The notes under the pieces were generated by a model. It did no database searches. It was not told the origin of the DNA and saw only the letters and a list, made by a program, of their open reading frames with translations. Positions 23,584-31,940 of a stretch of 41,374 nt of DNA are shown piece after piece; the first letter of the stretch is position 1; every line of letters starts with the position of its first letter. This DNA is from an uncultured Lentisphaerota bacterium (GTDB lineage Bacteria; Verrucomicrobiota; Kiritimatiellia; RFP12; UBA1067). The DNA is taken from NCBI GenBank assembly GCA_900320855.1, contig ONTV01000003.1, forward strand, positions 1-41,374, in the 5' to 3' direction. The position numbers and the translations under genes are program-made.

Positions 23584-24235
23584 GTTTCTGAACCGCCCGA
23601 CCAAGACCGCCGAACCGGTCGAGGTCGAGGAGACGGTTGCATTTGAAGAGCCTGAGGAAATCGACGTTCAGAAGGCTGTCGTCGAGTCATTGGCGGCGGA
23701 CAAGGCCGAGCAGGACGAGATGATTTCGTCTCTGCGCCGAGTCAAGGAGGAGCAGGAGCAGGAGATTGCGTCCCTTCGCGCCGCCAACGTCGCCTTGCAG
23801 AACGAAGTCGCGGTTCTGCGGGAGAAGTTCAAGAAGGCGGGCGAAGAACTTGCGAAGATTGGCGATCTTCTCGCGAAGAACGCGGAAGGCGAGGCGTCCA
23901 ACAAGATTGCGCTCATTGACCGCAATGCGGAACTGGACGATCGCTTCGAGGGCGAAACGCGCGATCACGTCCTTGAGGTTTTGCGCGAAGGAAGAGACGC
24001 GGCCGAGAAGAGCGGACGCTTTCGCCGCGCGCAGGTTCTTGAAAGCGTTCTTGTCGCGAACGAGGCGAACGGCGAACTGGCGCGACGGCGGGCTTCTCTC
24101 GAAAAGCTGTTTGCGGACAATGCGAACATCGTTTCGGGAACGGTGATCGAGGAACTCAAGAAGCGCGGCCTCTCGCATAAAAACGGCGAAGACTACCTTC
24201 TGCCGTCCGAAATTCTCGCGAGGAACTACTGGTGA
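23564..24235 (+). CDS. Acidic coiled-coil protein, function unknown
   Basis: 'EQDEMISSLRRVKEEQEQEIASLRAANVALQNEVAVLREKFKKAGEELAKIGDLL' is heptad-like. It overlaps the end of the upstream gene. An alternative start is at 23570. Confidence 0.6.
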   Translation: MSMDISEFLNRPTKTAEPVEVEETVAFEEPEEIDVQKAVVESLAADKAEQDEMISSLRRVKEEQEQEIASLRAANVALQNEVAVLREKFKKAGEELAKIGDLLAKNAEGEASNKIALIDRNAELDDRFEGETRDHVLEVLREGRDAAEKSGRFRRAQVLESVLVANEANGELARRRASLEKLFADNANIVSGTVIEELKKRGLSHKNGEDYLLPSEILARNYW

Positions 24236-24279
24236 ACAGCGCGCCGCGCCGTTTCGTGTTCGCGCGAAGCGCCAGCCCC
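24232..24279 (+). repeat. 48-bp REP-like unit, copy 2; overlaps the stop codon and may act as a terminator hairpin
   Basis: See 10374..10421. Hairpin AACAGCGC-GCC-GCGCCGTT followed by TCGTG. Confidence 0.85.
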
Positions 24280-24406
24280 GCTCTCCACCTCATCCCTCCA
24301 ACGCGCCTCAGACGTGCGGCCGGTGGCCGCGACCACGAAAGCCGACGGCGCCGTGCGCCGACGGCCACAAACGCGCCCTGCGGGCGACGCGAAACCTGCC
24401 ACCGCC
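24280..24406 (+). repeat. 127-bp repeat module, copy 2, directly abutting the 48-bp unit
   Basis: See 10987..11113. Confidence 0.85.
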
Positions 24407-24407
24407 G

Positions 24408-24461
24408 CTCCACCCTCCCACTCTCCCACCCTCCCACCCTCCCACTCTCCCACCTTTTCCC
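24408..24461 (+). repeat. C-rich octamer array (CTCCCACY)n ending TTTTCCC; G-quadruplex-prone on the minus strand
   Basis: CTCCACCCTCCCACTCTCCCACCCTCCCACCCTCCCACTCTCCCACCTTTTCCC. The complement contains GGGAGGGTGGGAGGGTGGG. Confidence 0.8.
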
Positions 24462-24465
24462 AAAC

Positions 24466-24539
24466 TTATCAACAATCACCCCGTTTACAAGTTTATAAAA
24501 CTGTTCACAAGTTGATAAAGTTGTTGATAGTGTTGATAA
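24466..24539. promoter_or_regulatory. Dense cluster of DnaA-box-like 9-mers in an AT-rich island
   Basis: TTATCAACA (24466..24474, plus strand). Then, in opposite orientation: AGTTTATAA (~24489), AGTTGATAA (24510..24518), TGTTGATAG (24522..24530) and TGTTGATAA (24531..24539). CTGTTCACA also occurs at 24501..24509. Confidence 0.4.
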
Positions 24540-24547
24540 TATCCCCC

Positions 24548-24576
24548 TTGTCAGCCGGAAAAATAAAGTCCATAAT
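24548..24576 (+). promoter_or_regulatory. Promoter TTGTCA-17-CATAAT for the XRE-family gene, 8 nt before its GTG start
   Basis: TTGTCA at 24548..24553 and CATAAT at 24571..24576. Confidence 0.5.
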
Positions 24577-24584
24577 ATGCACCC

Positions 24585-25067
24585 GTGACAGAACTCAATC
24601 CAGCGGTTTGCCTGAAGATCAAGGAGGCGCGGCGCGCGGCGAAGCTTTCGCAGAGCGTCGTGGCCGCCGAGGTCGGTTGCAAGCAGTCGGCGCTCTCCAT
24701 GTTCGAGCAGGGCGACGGCACGAAGCTGAACGACGAGGTCATCGAAAAGCTCGCGAAGAAGTTCGGCGTCGAGCTGACGCCGCCGCCAGAAGCGTCGGCG
24801 GTCGTCGCGGCGCCGCTCCCGGCGCGCCGTCTGCCGCTGGAGGCGTCGCGCGGCTTCTGTCCGAATCCGCACTGCCCGTCGAACCATCCCTACGAGGTCG
24901 AGGGGCGCGCGTATCTCCTGCCAGACCGGGCGAAGGCCGATCCGGTCGGCGGCACGTTCTGCGCCTTTTGCGGGGAAGTCCTCGAGAAGCGCTGTCCGAA
25001 CTGTGGCGCGCCCGTTCACGATGGCGCGGTCTGCTCGCTCTGCGGCGACCCGTACATCGCCATCTGA
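24585..25067 (+). CDS. XRE-family HTH regulator with a C-terminal double zinc-ribbon
   Basis: 'LKIKEARRAAKLSQSVVAAEVGCKQSALSMFEQG' is an HTH_XRE pattern. C-terminal 'CPNPHC...CAFCG...CPNCG...CSLCG'. GTG at 24585 is the only possible start, because an in-frame stop lies at 24573. Confidence 0.75.
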   Translation: MTELNPAVCLKIKEARRAAKLSQSVVAAEVGCKQSALSMFEQGDGTKLNDEVIEKLAKKFGVELTPPPEASAVVAAPLPARRLPLEASRGFCPNPHCPSNHPYEVEGRAYLLPDRAKADPVGGTFCAFCGEVLEKRCPNCGAPVHDGAVCSLCGDPYIAI

Positions 25068-25077
25068 CGCGGATTTT

Positions 25078-25086
25078 TGGTACAAT
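25078..25086 (+). promoter_or_regulatory. Extended -10 (TGGTACAAT) driving the TPP riboswitch and thiC
   Basis: Read directly from the sequence. Confidence 0.5.
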
Positions 25087-25095
25087 ATGTGGAAT

Positions 25096-25172
25096 CTTCG
25101 GGTGCTGGGGCGCGCGGGGCGCTTCGGCTGAGAAAAGACCGACGTAACCTGAACGGGATAATGCCCGCGGAG
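25096..25172 (+). promoter_or_regulatory. TPP (THI-box) riboswitch
   Basis: GGGGCGC...CGGCTGAGAAAAGACC...ACCTGAACGGGATAATGCCCGCGGAGGAAA contains the conserved CUGAGA, ACCUGA and GGAUAAUGCC elements. It lies directly upstream of thiC. Confidence 0.85.
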
Positions 25173-25185
25173 GAAAGGAAATCAA

Positions 25186-26493
25186 ATGACGCAGTTGCAG
25201 GCGGCCCGCAAGGGCCTTGTGACCGAGGCGATGAAGGTCGTCGCGGAGGACGAGGGAGTTGACGCGGAGGCCGTGCGGGCCGCCGTCGCGAGCGGCGAGG
25301 CCGTGATTCCGCTGAACATCCACCACACGAACGCGCGCCCCGTCGGCGTCGGCCGTCTCTTCCGCACGAAGATCAACGCGAACCTCGGCCGGAGCGTGAC
25401 GCATTCGGGCAAGGGCGACGAGTTGGAGAAGCTCGCGATTGCGCTCAAGGCGGGCGCCGATTTCGTCATGGATCTTTCGGTTGGGTCGGATGACCTCAAG
25501 GCGATTCGCCAGGGGATGCTCGACGCGAGTGATCGTCCGCTCGGCACCGTGCCCGTCTACGAGACGATTTCACGTCTCGAAGGCGACATTCCGCATATGG
25601 ATCCGTCCTTCCTGCTGGACGTGATCCGCGCCCAGGCCGAGCAGGGCGTCGATTTCATGACGCTCCATGCCGGTCTCCTGCGCGCGGCCATCCCGCTTGC
25701 GATGAAGCGCAAGATGGGCATCGTCAGCCGGGGCGGCTCGATCATGGCCGAATGGATGATGGCCAACGACTGCGAGAACCCCCTGTTCGAGAAGTGGGAC
25801 GAGGTTCTCGACATCCTCGCCGCGCATGACGTCACCGTCTCCCTCGGTGACGGCCTGCGCTCCGGCTGCCTGGCGGACGCCTCGGACGCCGCGCAGTTCG
25901 CGGAACTGGACGTTCTGGGCGAGCTGGTCGATCGCTGCCGCGCGCGTGGCGTGCAGGTGATGGTGGAAGGCCCGGGGCATATTCCGTTCAGCGAGATCCA
26001 GATGAACATGGAACGCGAGCAGGCCGTCTGCAAGGGCGCGCCGTTCTACGTGCTCGGTCCCGTCGTCACGGACGTCGCGCCTGGCTATGACCACATCGTC
26101 TCGGCGATTGGCGCGACGGCGGCGGCGACCTACGGGGCCTCGCTCCTCTGCTACGTCACGCCCGCCGAACACCTCGGCCTCCCCGACGCCGACGAGGTGC
26201 ATCGCGGCTGCATCGCCTCGCGCATTGCCGCGCACGCGGGCGACGTCGCGCGTGGTCTGAAGGGCGCGCGCGCGCAGGACGACGCGATGGCCGATGCGCG
26301 GCGAACCTTCTGCTGGGACGAGCAGTTCGCGGCGTCGCTCGACCCCGAGCATGCGCGGGCGCGCTGGCAGAAGACGCGTGCGCTTTCCGACGCCGACCAT
26401 GGCGACGACCACTGCTCGATGTGCGGCAAGCAGTTCTGCGCCGTGCGCACGTCGCGCCGCATCCGCGACCTGGCGGAAGGGCAGAAGAAGTAG
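25186..26493 (+). CDS. thiC: Phosphomethylpyrimidine synthase
   Basis: 'MVEGPGHIPF', 'FYVLGPVVTDVAPGYDHI', 'LCYVTPAEHLGLP' and the C-terminal 'CSMCGKQFCAVR' Fe-S motif. Confidence 0.95.
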   Translation: MTQLQAARKGLVTEAMKVVAEDEGVDAEAVRAAVASGEAVIPLNIHHTNARPVGVGRLFRTKINANLGRSVTHSGKGDELEKLAIALKAGADFVMDLSVGSDDLKAIRQGMLDASDRPLGTVPVYETISRLEGDIPHMDPSFLLDVIRAQAEQGVDFMTLHAGLLRAAIPLAMKRKMGIVSRGGSIMAEWMMANDCENPLFEKWDEVLDILAAHDVTVSLGDGLRSGCLADASDAAQFAELDVLGELVDRCRARGVQVMVEGPGHIPFSEIQMNMEREQAVCKGAPFYVLGPVVTDVAPGYDHIVSAIGATAAATYGASLLCYVTPAEHLGLPDADEVHRGCIASRIAAHAGDVARGLKGARAQDDAMADARRTFCWDEQFAASLDPEHARARWQKTRALSDADHGDDHCSMCGKQFCAVRTSRRIRDLAEGQKK

Positions 26494-26531
26494 GCTCGTT
26501 TCGCAGAGTCGAAGGCAAGGAGAGCGGCGCC

Positions 26532-27098
26532 ATGAAGCGAAAACTGTTTGTCGCGACGCACAACGCGCACAAGGTCGTCGAGATCGCGGCGATTCTGCCC
26601 GACTGGGAGATTGTCTCCGACGACCCCGTCGGCGTCGAGGAGAACGCGCCCGATTTCGTCGGCAATGCCCGCATCAAGGTGCGCGCCATTGCCGCGCGCC
26701 ATCGCGGCGACTGGTGTCTGGCGGACGATTCGGGGCTGGAGGTCGCCGCGCTCGGCGGCGCGCCGGGCGTCCGCAGCGCGCGCTACGCGGGCGAGCCGTC
26801 GAACACGCCCGCGAACAACGCGCTCCTTCTCAAGAACCTCGCCGGCGTCGCCGACCGCCGCGCGAACTTCACGTGTGCGATTGCGCTCGTCGCGCCGGAC
26901 GGCACGGAACACGCGGTCGAGGGGAAATGCTTCGGCACAATCGCCGAGGCGCCGTCGGGCGCGGCCGGATTCGGCTATGATCCGCTCTTTGTGCCGGACG
27001 GCTTCACGGCGTCGTTCGCGGCGCTGACGGCGGCGGAGAAGAACGCGATCTCGCATCGCGGCCGTGCGTTGGCGGCGGCGAAGGCGATTCTCGGCTAG
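26532..27098 (+). CDS. rdgB: dITP/XTP pyrophosphatase (RdgB/HAM1 family)
   Basis: 'LFVATHNAHKVVEI', 'ADDSGLEVAALGGAPGVRSARYAG', 'GFGYDPLFVP' and 'KNAISHRGRA'. Confidence 0.9.
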   Translation: MKRKLFVATHNAHKVVEIAAILPDWEIVSDDPVGVEENAPDFVGNARIKVRAIAARHRGDWCLADDSGLEVAALGGAPGVRSARYAGEPSNTPANNALLLKNLAGVADRRANFTCAIALVAPDGTEHAVEGKCFGTIAEAPSGAAGFGYDPLFVPDGFTASFAALTAAEKNAISHRGRALAAAKAILG

Positions 27099-27108
27099 GT
27101 TCGGTCGG

Positions 27109-28056
27109 ATGCCGCGTTTCGTTCTCGGCCTTTTCCTGGCCGTGCTGTCGGTCGCCGGCTTCGCGTCCACGTTCATCGTGGGCGCGGCCCTGACGAAGAC
27201 GTGCCATGTCTCGCCGGAGGCGCTGGCGTTCCTTCGCTTCCTGATCGCGGGCGGCGTGATGGCCGCGTGGGAGGCGGCGCGTCCGCCGGCGCGCGCGCGT
27301 CTGCGGAATCTGGCGCGGAGGGATTGGGCGGACGTCCTCTGGCTTGGCCCGGTCGGCACGACGCTCATGGCGTGGTGCGTCTTCATGGGGTGCGCGCGCG
27401 TGAGCGCGGCGAACGCCTCGATGGCGGACGCGCTTACGCCCATCATGATTTTCCTCTTTGGTCTCGTGAAGATGGGCTGGGGGCGCGTCACGTGGTGCCG
27501 AGGAAGGGCCTCCGGGAATCGGGGACAGGCCTCGGCGCGCGGCGTATTGGCGAGGGAGATAACTGCGCTTGTCTGTGGTCTTGTCGGCGCGGCGCTCGTC
27601 ATCCAGGTCGTGACGGCAGAGGGGTTGGCGCTTGACGCCTATTCGTCGGGCGATGTCTACGTGATGCTGGCGGCGGCGACGTGGGGCGTCTACACGGTGT
27701 ACGGACGCGAGCCGATCGCGCGGTTGGGCGCGTCGCTCTTCACGATGCTCACGATGCTCGTGGGCGCGGCGGCGCTGGGTCTTGTCCTGCCGTTCCTGGA
27801 TCTTGCGTGGCCGACGACGCCGAGCGCATGGGGACTGGTCGCGACGCTCGGTCTTGTCTCGACGCTGTTGCCGTTCTGGACGTGGAATGCCGCGCAGAAG
27901 TACCTGCCGATGTCCGTCCTTGGCGTGAGTGCCTACTTCACGCCGGTCTTTGCCGTTGCGTTGGCCGGCATCTTCCTCGGCGAGTCCGCGACGACGCTCC
28001 AGTGGCTCGGCACGGCGTTCGTCGTCCTCTCCGGCATCCTTGCCGCGCGGCGGTGA
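27109..28056 (+). CDS. EamA/DMT-family transporter
   Basis: Two hydrophobic EamA-like halves joined by an Arg/Gly-rich linker. Start at the ATG at 27109. Confidence 0.7.
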   Translation: MPRFVLGLFLAVLSVAGFASTFIVGAALTKTCHVSPEALAFLRFLIAGGVMAAWEAARPPARARLRNLARRDWADVLWLGPVGTTLMAWCVFMGCARVSAANASMADALTPIMIFLFGLVKMGWGRVTWCRGRASGNRGQASARGVLAREITALVCGLVGAALVIQVVTAEGLALDAYSSGDVYVMLAAATWGVYTVYGREPIARLGASLFTMLTMLVGAAALGLVLPFLDLAWPTTPSAWGLVATLGLVSTLLPFWTWNAAQKYLPMSVLGVSAYFTPVFAVALAGIFLGESATTLQWLGTAFVVLSGILAARR

Positions 28057-28125
28057 GTGGAGTTGTCAACTCCCTTGCTCCACCTCTCCCTTGCTCCACA
28101 TCCCGCTTGCACCTCCAACTTAATC

Positions 28126-29304
28126 TCACGCTTGCGTGCGCCAGGCGCGCATCGTCAGGCCCGTGCGGGCCTTGAAGCGCCGCGCGAGGTTCGTGAGGTC
28201 GCGGAAGCCGCAGGCGCTGGCGACGCGGGCAATCGGCTCGTCGGTATCCGCGAGTCGGCGGAAGAGCTCGTCGAAGCGCCGCGCGTCGAGAGCCGCCGCG
28301 ACGGTCGTTCCCTTGAACTGTCGGAAGCGCAGCTCCAGCAGCCGACGCGAGACGCCGAGCTCGTGCGCGAGCGCCTTCACGCTGAGGCCCGTCGTCGCGC
28401 GGCGGTCGATCAGGGCGAGTGCCCGTCGGATGAGCTGGGCGGCGGGCGCGACGGGCGAGGTCGATTCGCGGGGAACGAGGACATGGTACGTCCAGGGCAG
28501 GAGGTTCGGGCCGCGTGACGTGCCGTCCATCAGCTTCTCGAGCTCGCGCGCGACAAGTGCGCCCTGCCGCTCCGTCACGAAGCGGATGCTCGACAGGCGC
28601 GGCGAGGCGTTGTCGCAGATGATCTCGGCGTCGTCCGTGCCGAGGACGGCGGCCTGGTGGGGCACGTCGATCCGCGCGGCGCGGCATGCCGTGAGCACGC
28701 GCACGGCGAGGACGTCGGTCGCGGCGAAGAGCGCGAACGGGCGGGGGAGCGTCCGGAGCCAGTCCTGCAGCGGCTCTTCGCCCTCTGTCGATGAGAGGCA
28801 GCTAGGCGGACAGGTTGTGCAGGTATGTCCGGCGGCGGCGAGCGCGTCGCGGTAGCCGGCTTCGCGGCGCGCCGACCACCGGGTCTCGTCGGGCGTCGGC
28901 ACGAAGGCGAAGGCCCGGAAGTTCCCGACTGACGTCAGATGCCGAGCCGCCAGGCGTCCAATGCCCTCGTCGTCCATGCGGACGAGGCGAAGCGCGGGCG
29001 TGGGCGGCAGGTCGGGCGGATAGCTAGATTCCAGCGAGACGGTGGGCACGCCTGATTCCGCGAGCGTGCGCCAGAGGTCGGGGGCGAGCTTCTGGAAGGC
29101 GATGAATCCGTCCACGCCGTCCTTGAGCGCGGCGGCGAGCGTGTCGGACGAGAGCGCCCCCTCCGTCTCGAACAGCCGGATCCGCCAGTCGCGATCTCGC
29201 CGCAGGAAGCGCAGGATGCCCTCCAGGCGGATGCGGCCGACGGCCTCGTGCATGCGCACGGCGACGACGACGGTTCGGGGCGTTGACCTCGGTGACTTCT
29301 TCAT
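28126..29304 (-). CDS. XylR-like regulator: periplasmic-binding-protein-like sensor domain plus an AraC-type HTH
   Basis: C-terminal '...LSVKALAHELGVSRRLLELRFRQFKGTTV...IARVASACGFRDLTNLARRFKARTGLTMRAWR' is an AraC HTH. The N-terminal part has LacI/PBP-like features. Start at 29304 or 29310. Confidence 0.8.
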   Translation of the reverse strand: MKKSPRSTPRTVVVAVRMHEAVGRIRLEGILRFLRRDRDWRIRLFETEGALSSDTLAAALKDGVDGFIAFQKLAPDLWRTLAESGVPTVSLESSYPPDLPPTPALRLVRMDDEGIGRLAARHLTSVGNFRAFAFVPTPDETRWSARREAGYRDALAAAGHTCTTCPPSCLSSTEGEEPLQDWLRTLPRPFALFAATDVLAVRVLTACRAARIDVPHQAAVLGTDDAEIICDNASPRLSSIRFVTERQGALVARELEKLMDGTSRGPNLLPWTYHVLVPRESTSPVAPAAQLIRRALALIDRRATTGLSVKALAHELGVSRRLLELRFRQFKGTTVAAALDARRFDELFRRLADTDEPIARVASACGFRDLTNLARRFKARTGLTMRAWRTQA

Positions 29305-29310
29305 GCGCAT

Positions 29311-29319
29311 AGTATAGCA
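29311..29319 (-). promoter_or_regulatory. Extended -10 (TGCTATACT) for the AraC/XylR gene, 6 nt before the ATG at 29304
   Basis: Reverse complement of 29311..29319 is TGCTATACT. Confidence 0.5.
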
Positions 29320-29432
29320 TATCCCATGCGCTCGGCCTCCCGAACAAGGAGGTGCGAGACGCGAAATCTGTCGATTTTGGGGCAAAATTCCGTTCAATTT
29401 GGGGCCTAAAAACGGGGGTTAAGGAGGGTTTA

Positions 29433-29464
29433 CGCAAAAAGCATAAAAAGTCTTGCGCAAAAAG
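29433..29464 (+). promoter_or_regulatory. Direct repeat CGCAAAAAG x2 (29433..29441 and 29456..29464), candidate AraC/XylR activator sites
   Basis: 23-bp spacing. The proximal copy ends 15 nt upstream of the TATCAT -10 hexamer (29480) of the GH10 promoter, covering the expected -35 region. Confidence 0.35.
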
Positions 29465-29476
29465 TTGTTCAAAAAA

Positions 29477-29485
29477 TGGTATCAT
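29477..29485 (+). promoter_or_regulatory. Extended -10 (TGGTATCAT) for the GH10 operon; about 69-nt leader with SD AAGGAGG
   Basis: Read directly from the sequence. Confidence 0.45.
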
Positions 29486-29554
29486 ACCATCTGCCTGACC
29501 GCAGGGTGCGGTTTTGAAGGGCAATTGAAGGACAACTGACAAGGAGGATTCGAG

Positions 29555-31138
29555 ATGGATTCACGGAGTTTTGCCGCGTTTGCGGCGCTGGTGCTGGCCG
29601 TTCCCGCCGCTTGTGGCGCGGGGCGTTCGGTGATGTCGGACGCCTACTGGGCGATCTGGAACGACGCCGAGCAGGCGCGGATCGACGCGGACATCGAGCG
29701 GAACCGCAAGGCCGACGCGACGGTGCGCGTCGCCGCGCCGTCCGGCACGGTCGTGAAGGTCGAGCAGCTTGACCACGCCTTCCGCTTCGGCGCGCACATC
29801 TTCAACTTCAACCAGCTCGGCAAAAGCGCGTACAACGCGGCGTACAAGGCGTCCTACGGACGGGGCGGCCTCTTCAACCAGGCGACCGTGTCGTTCTACT
29901 GGATCGACCACGAGCCGACGCCGGGCGCGTTCCGCTTCGGCGGGGACTACCGCGACACGGAGCGCTACTGGAACTCCCTCACGCGGGACGAGGCGATGGC
30001 CGACCGCTTCTGGCGCCGTCCCGCGCCCGGGCCGGTCGTCGACTTCCTCAAGGCGAAGGACGTCGCGATTCACGGGCACATCCTCATCTGGGGCAACGCG
30101 AAGCCCTACTGGATCTACGACTGGTATTGTCCCGAATCGGAGAAGCGGGTCTTCGACGCGCTTGGCATTCCGCGCCACTCGTCGTCCCTCGGCTGGGAGC
30201 CGTGCGGGCAGAACTGGAACATGGGCTTCATGGGCAAGCAGGCGCGTGTATGGCGCAGCCGCTACACGACGCTCGACGAGCGCGCGCTGGAGCGGGAGGC
30301 GCCGGTCTACGCGCGGAACCTGCGCCGGATCTTCCAGAAGCGCGTCGCGGACGTCGCCGCGCGCTTCGGCGAAGTGGTGGACAGCTGGGACGTCGTCAAC
30401 GAGAGCGCGATCGACTTCGCGCGCTACCGCCAGTCGCGGACGGGCCTCGGCTACTGGTTCAGCGTCTATGGCCTGATGCCGGGCGACTATCCGCTCCACG
30501 CCCTGCTCGACGCGAAGGCGGCGCTGCCGTCCGAGGCGAAGCTCGTGATCAACGACTACTCGATCAACACGAACTTCCTCGCGCAGGTACGCGACCTCGA
30601 GCGCGAGGGCGCGCGGATCGACCTCGTCGGCTGCCAGATGCACATCTTCAACACGAACGACAGCCTGCGCCTGTCGCGCGGCGCGACGGACGTCAACTGG
30701 GTCGGCTCGCCGACGATCATCCGCGACCGGCTCGACATGATGGCGAAGACGGGCAAGGCGCTCCACGTCTCCGAGGTGACGATCGCCGCGCCGGGGACGG
30801 ACGCGGTTTCGCGCGAGATCCAGGCCGTGCTCACGCGCAACATCTACCGCGTCTGGTTCTCGCATCCGAAGACGATGGGCATCACCTGGTGGAACACGGT
30901 GGACGGGGCCGGCGTCGCGGGCGAGCCGCTCGTCTCCGGGCTGTTCACGCGTGACCTGGAGAAGAAGCCCGTCTACGAGGCGCTGGACGCGCTCATCAAC
31001 CGCGAGTGGCGGACGAATCTCGACGTCACGGCCGGGGCGGACGGCACGGTCGCCTTCCGGGGCTTCCGCGGGCGCTACCGCCTGTCGTGGACGGGGAAGG
31101 ACGGCCAGACGGAGACGGTGCTGGCGGACGTGAAGTGA
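29555..31138 (+). CDS. Secreted GH10-family glycoside hydrolase (endo-beta-1,4-xylanase-like)
   Basis: Signal peptide 'MDSRSFAAFAALVLAVPAACGA'. 'HGHILIWGN', 'WDVVNESA' (acid/base Glu) and 'LHVSEVTI' (nucleophile Glu). Confidence 0.75.
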   Translation: MDSRSFAAFAALVLAVPAACGAGRSVMSDAYWAIWNDAEQARIDADIERNRKADATVRVAAPSGTVVKVEQLDHAFRFGAHIFNFNQLGKSAYNAAYKASYGRGGLFNQATVSFYWIDHEPTPGAFRFGGDYRDTERYWNSLTRDEAMADRFWRRPAPGPVVDFLKAKDVAIHGHILIWGNAKPYWIYDWYCPESEKRVFDALGIPRHSSSLGWEPCGQNWNMGFMGKQARVWRSRYTTLDERALEREAPVYARNLRRIFQKRVADVAARFGEVVDSWDVVNESAIDFARYRQSRTGLGYWFSVYGLMPGDYPLHALLDAKAALPSEAKLVINDYSINTNFLAQVRDLEREGARIDLVGCQMHIFNTNDSLRLSRGATDVNWVGSPTIIRDRLDMMAKTGKALHVSEVTIAAPGTDAVSREIQAVLTRNIYRVWFSHPKTMGITWWNTVDGAGVAGEPLVSGLFTRDLEKKPVYEALDALINREWRTNLDVTAGADGTVAFRGFRGRYRLSWTGKDGQTETVLADVK

Positions 31139-31169
31139 GCCAAGGACAGAAGACAGGAGGAAAAGGGAA

Positions 31170-31940
31170 ATGCAGGAGATCGATTTTCGCGGCAAGGTCG
31201 CCGTCGTGACGGGCGCGGCGTCCGGCATGGGTCTGAAGACGTCGGAGGAGCTGGCGGCGCGTGGGGCGTCCGTCGTCATGTGCGACGTGAACGCCGACGC
31301 ACTGTCGCGCGCCGTGGCGGATCTCGCCGCGCGCGGCGGGCGCGCCGTGGCGTGCGCGGGCGACGTGCGGCGGTTCGCCGACGCCGAGCGGGCGGCCGCC
31401 GAGGCGGCCTGGCTTGGCGGGTGCGACATCCTCGTCACCTGCGCGGGCGGCAACGAGGCGCGCATGTGCCAGAGCCGCGTGCCGTTCTACGAGCAGCCGG
31501 TGGACGTCCTCGACTGGGGGCTGGACGTCAACCTCAAGGGGCCCGTCTACTTCGCGCGCGCCTGCATGCCGCAGATGGTCGCGAAGCGGTCGGGCGTGAT
31601 CGTCTGCCTCGGCTCCGTGACGGCCTTCGAGGGCGACGGGGTCGGCGCGATGTACGGCACGGCCAAGAACGGCCTCGTGAGCTTCGTGAAGTCCCTCGCG
31701 TTGGCGGGCGGCCCGTTCGGCGTGCGCGCCGTCTGCGTCACGCCCGGCCCCGTGCTGACGCGCGCGGCGATGAGCGGCATGCCGACGGCGCTCGGCCGCG
31801 CCGGTGAGCCGCGCGAGCTGGTGGACGTCATCCTCTTCATGTGCTCGGACAACGCCTCGTTCATCACGGGGTCGAACCATGTCGTGGACGGCGGACGCCT
31901 CTGTATGTACCAGCCCTACGTCGCGCCGGAGGCCACGTGA
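31170..31940 (+). CDS. SDR-family oxidoreductase
   Basis: 'KVAVVTGAASGMG' Rossmann motif and the 'YGTAKNG' catalytic YxxxK. Confidence 0.85.
   Translation: MQEIDFRGKVAVVTGAASGMGLKTSEELAARGASVVMCDVNADALSRAVADLAARGGRAVACAGDVRRFADAERAAAEAAWLGGCDILVTCAGGNEARMCQSRVPFYEQPVDVLDWGLDVNLKGPVYFARACMPQMVAKRSGVIVCLGSVTAFEGDGVGAMYGTAKNGLVSFVKSLALAGGPFGVRAVCVTPGPVLTRAAMSGMPTALGRAGEPRELVDVILFMCSDNASFITGSNHVVDGGRLCMYQPYVAPEAT

Noticed and set aside
27460-27560. The Arg/Gly-rich segment (KMGWGRVTWCRGRASGNRGQASARG) in the middle of the EamA transporter as an insertion or frameshift scar.
   Set aside because: It sits exactly at the expected cytoplasmic linker between the two EamA repeats. The frame is continuous, with normal hydrophobic segments on both sides.
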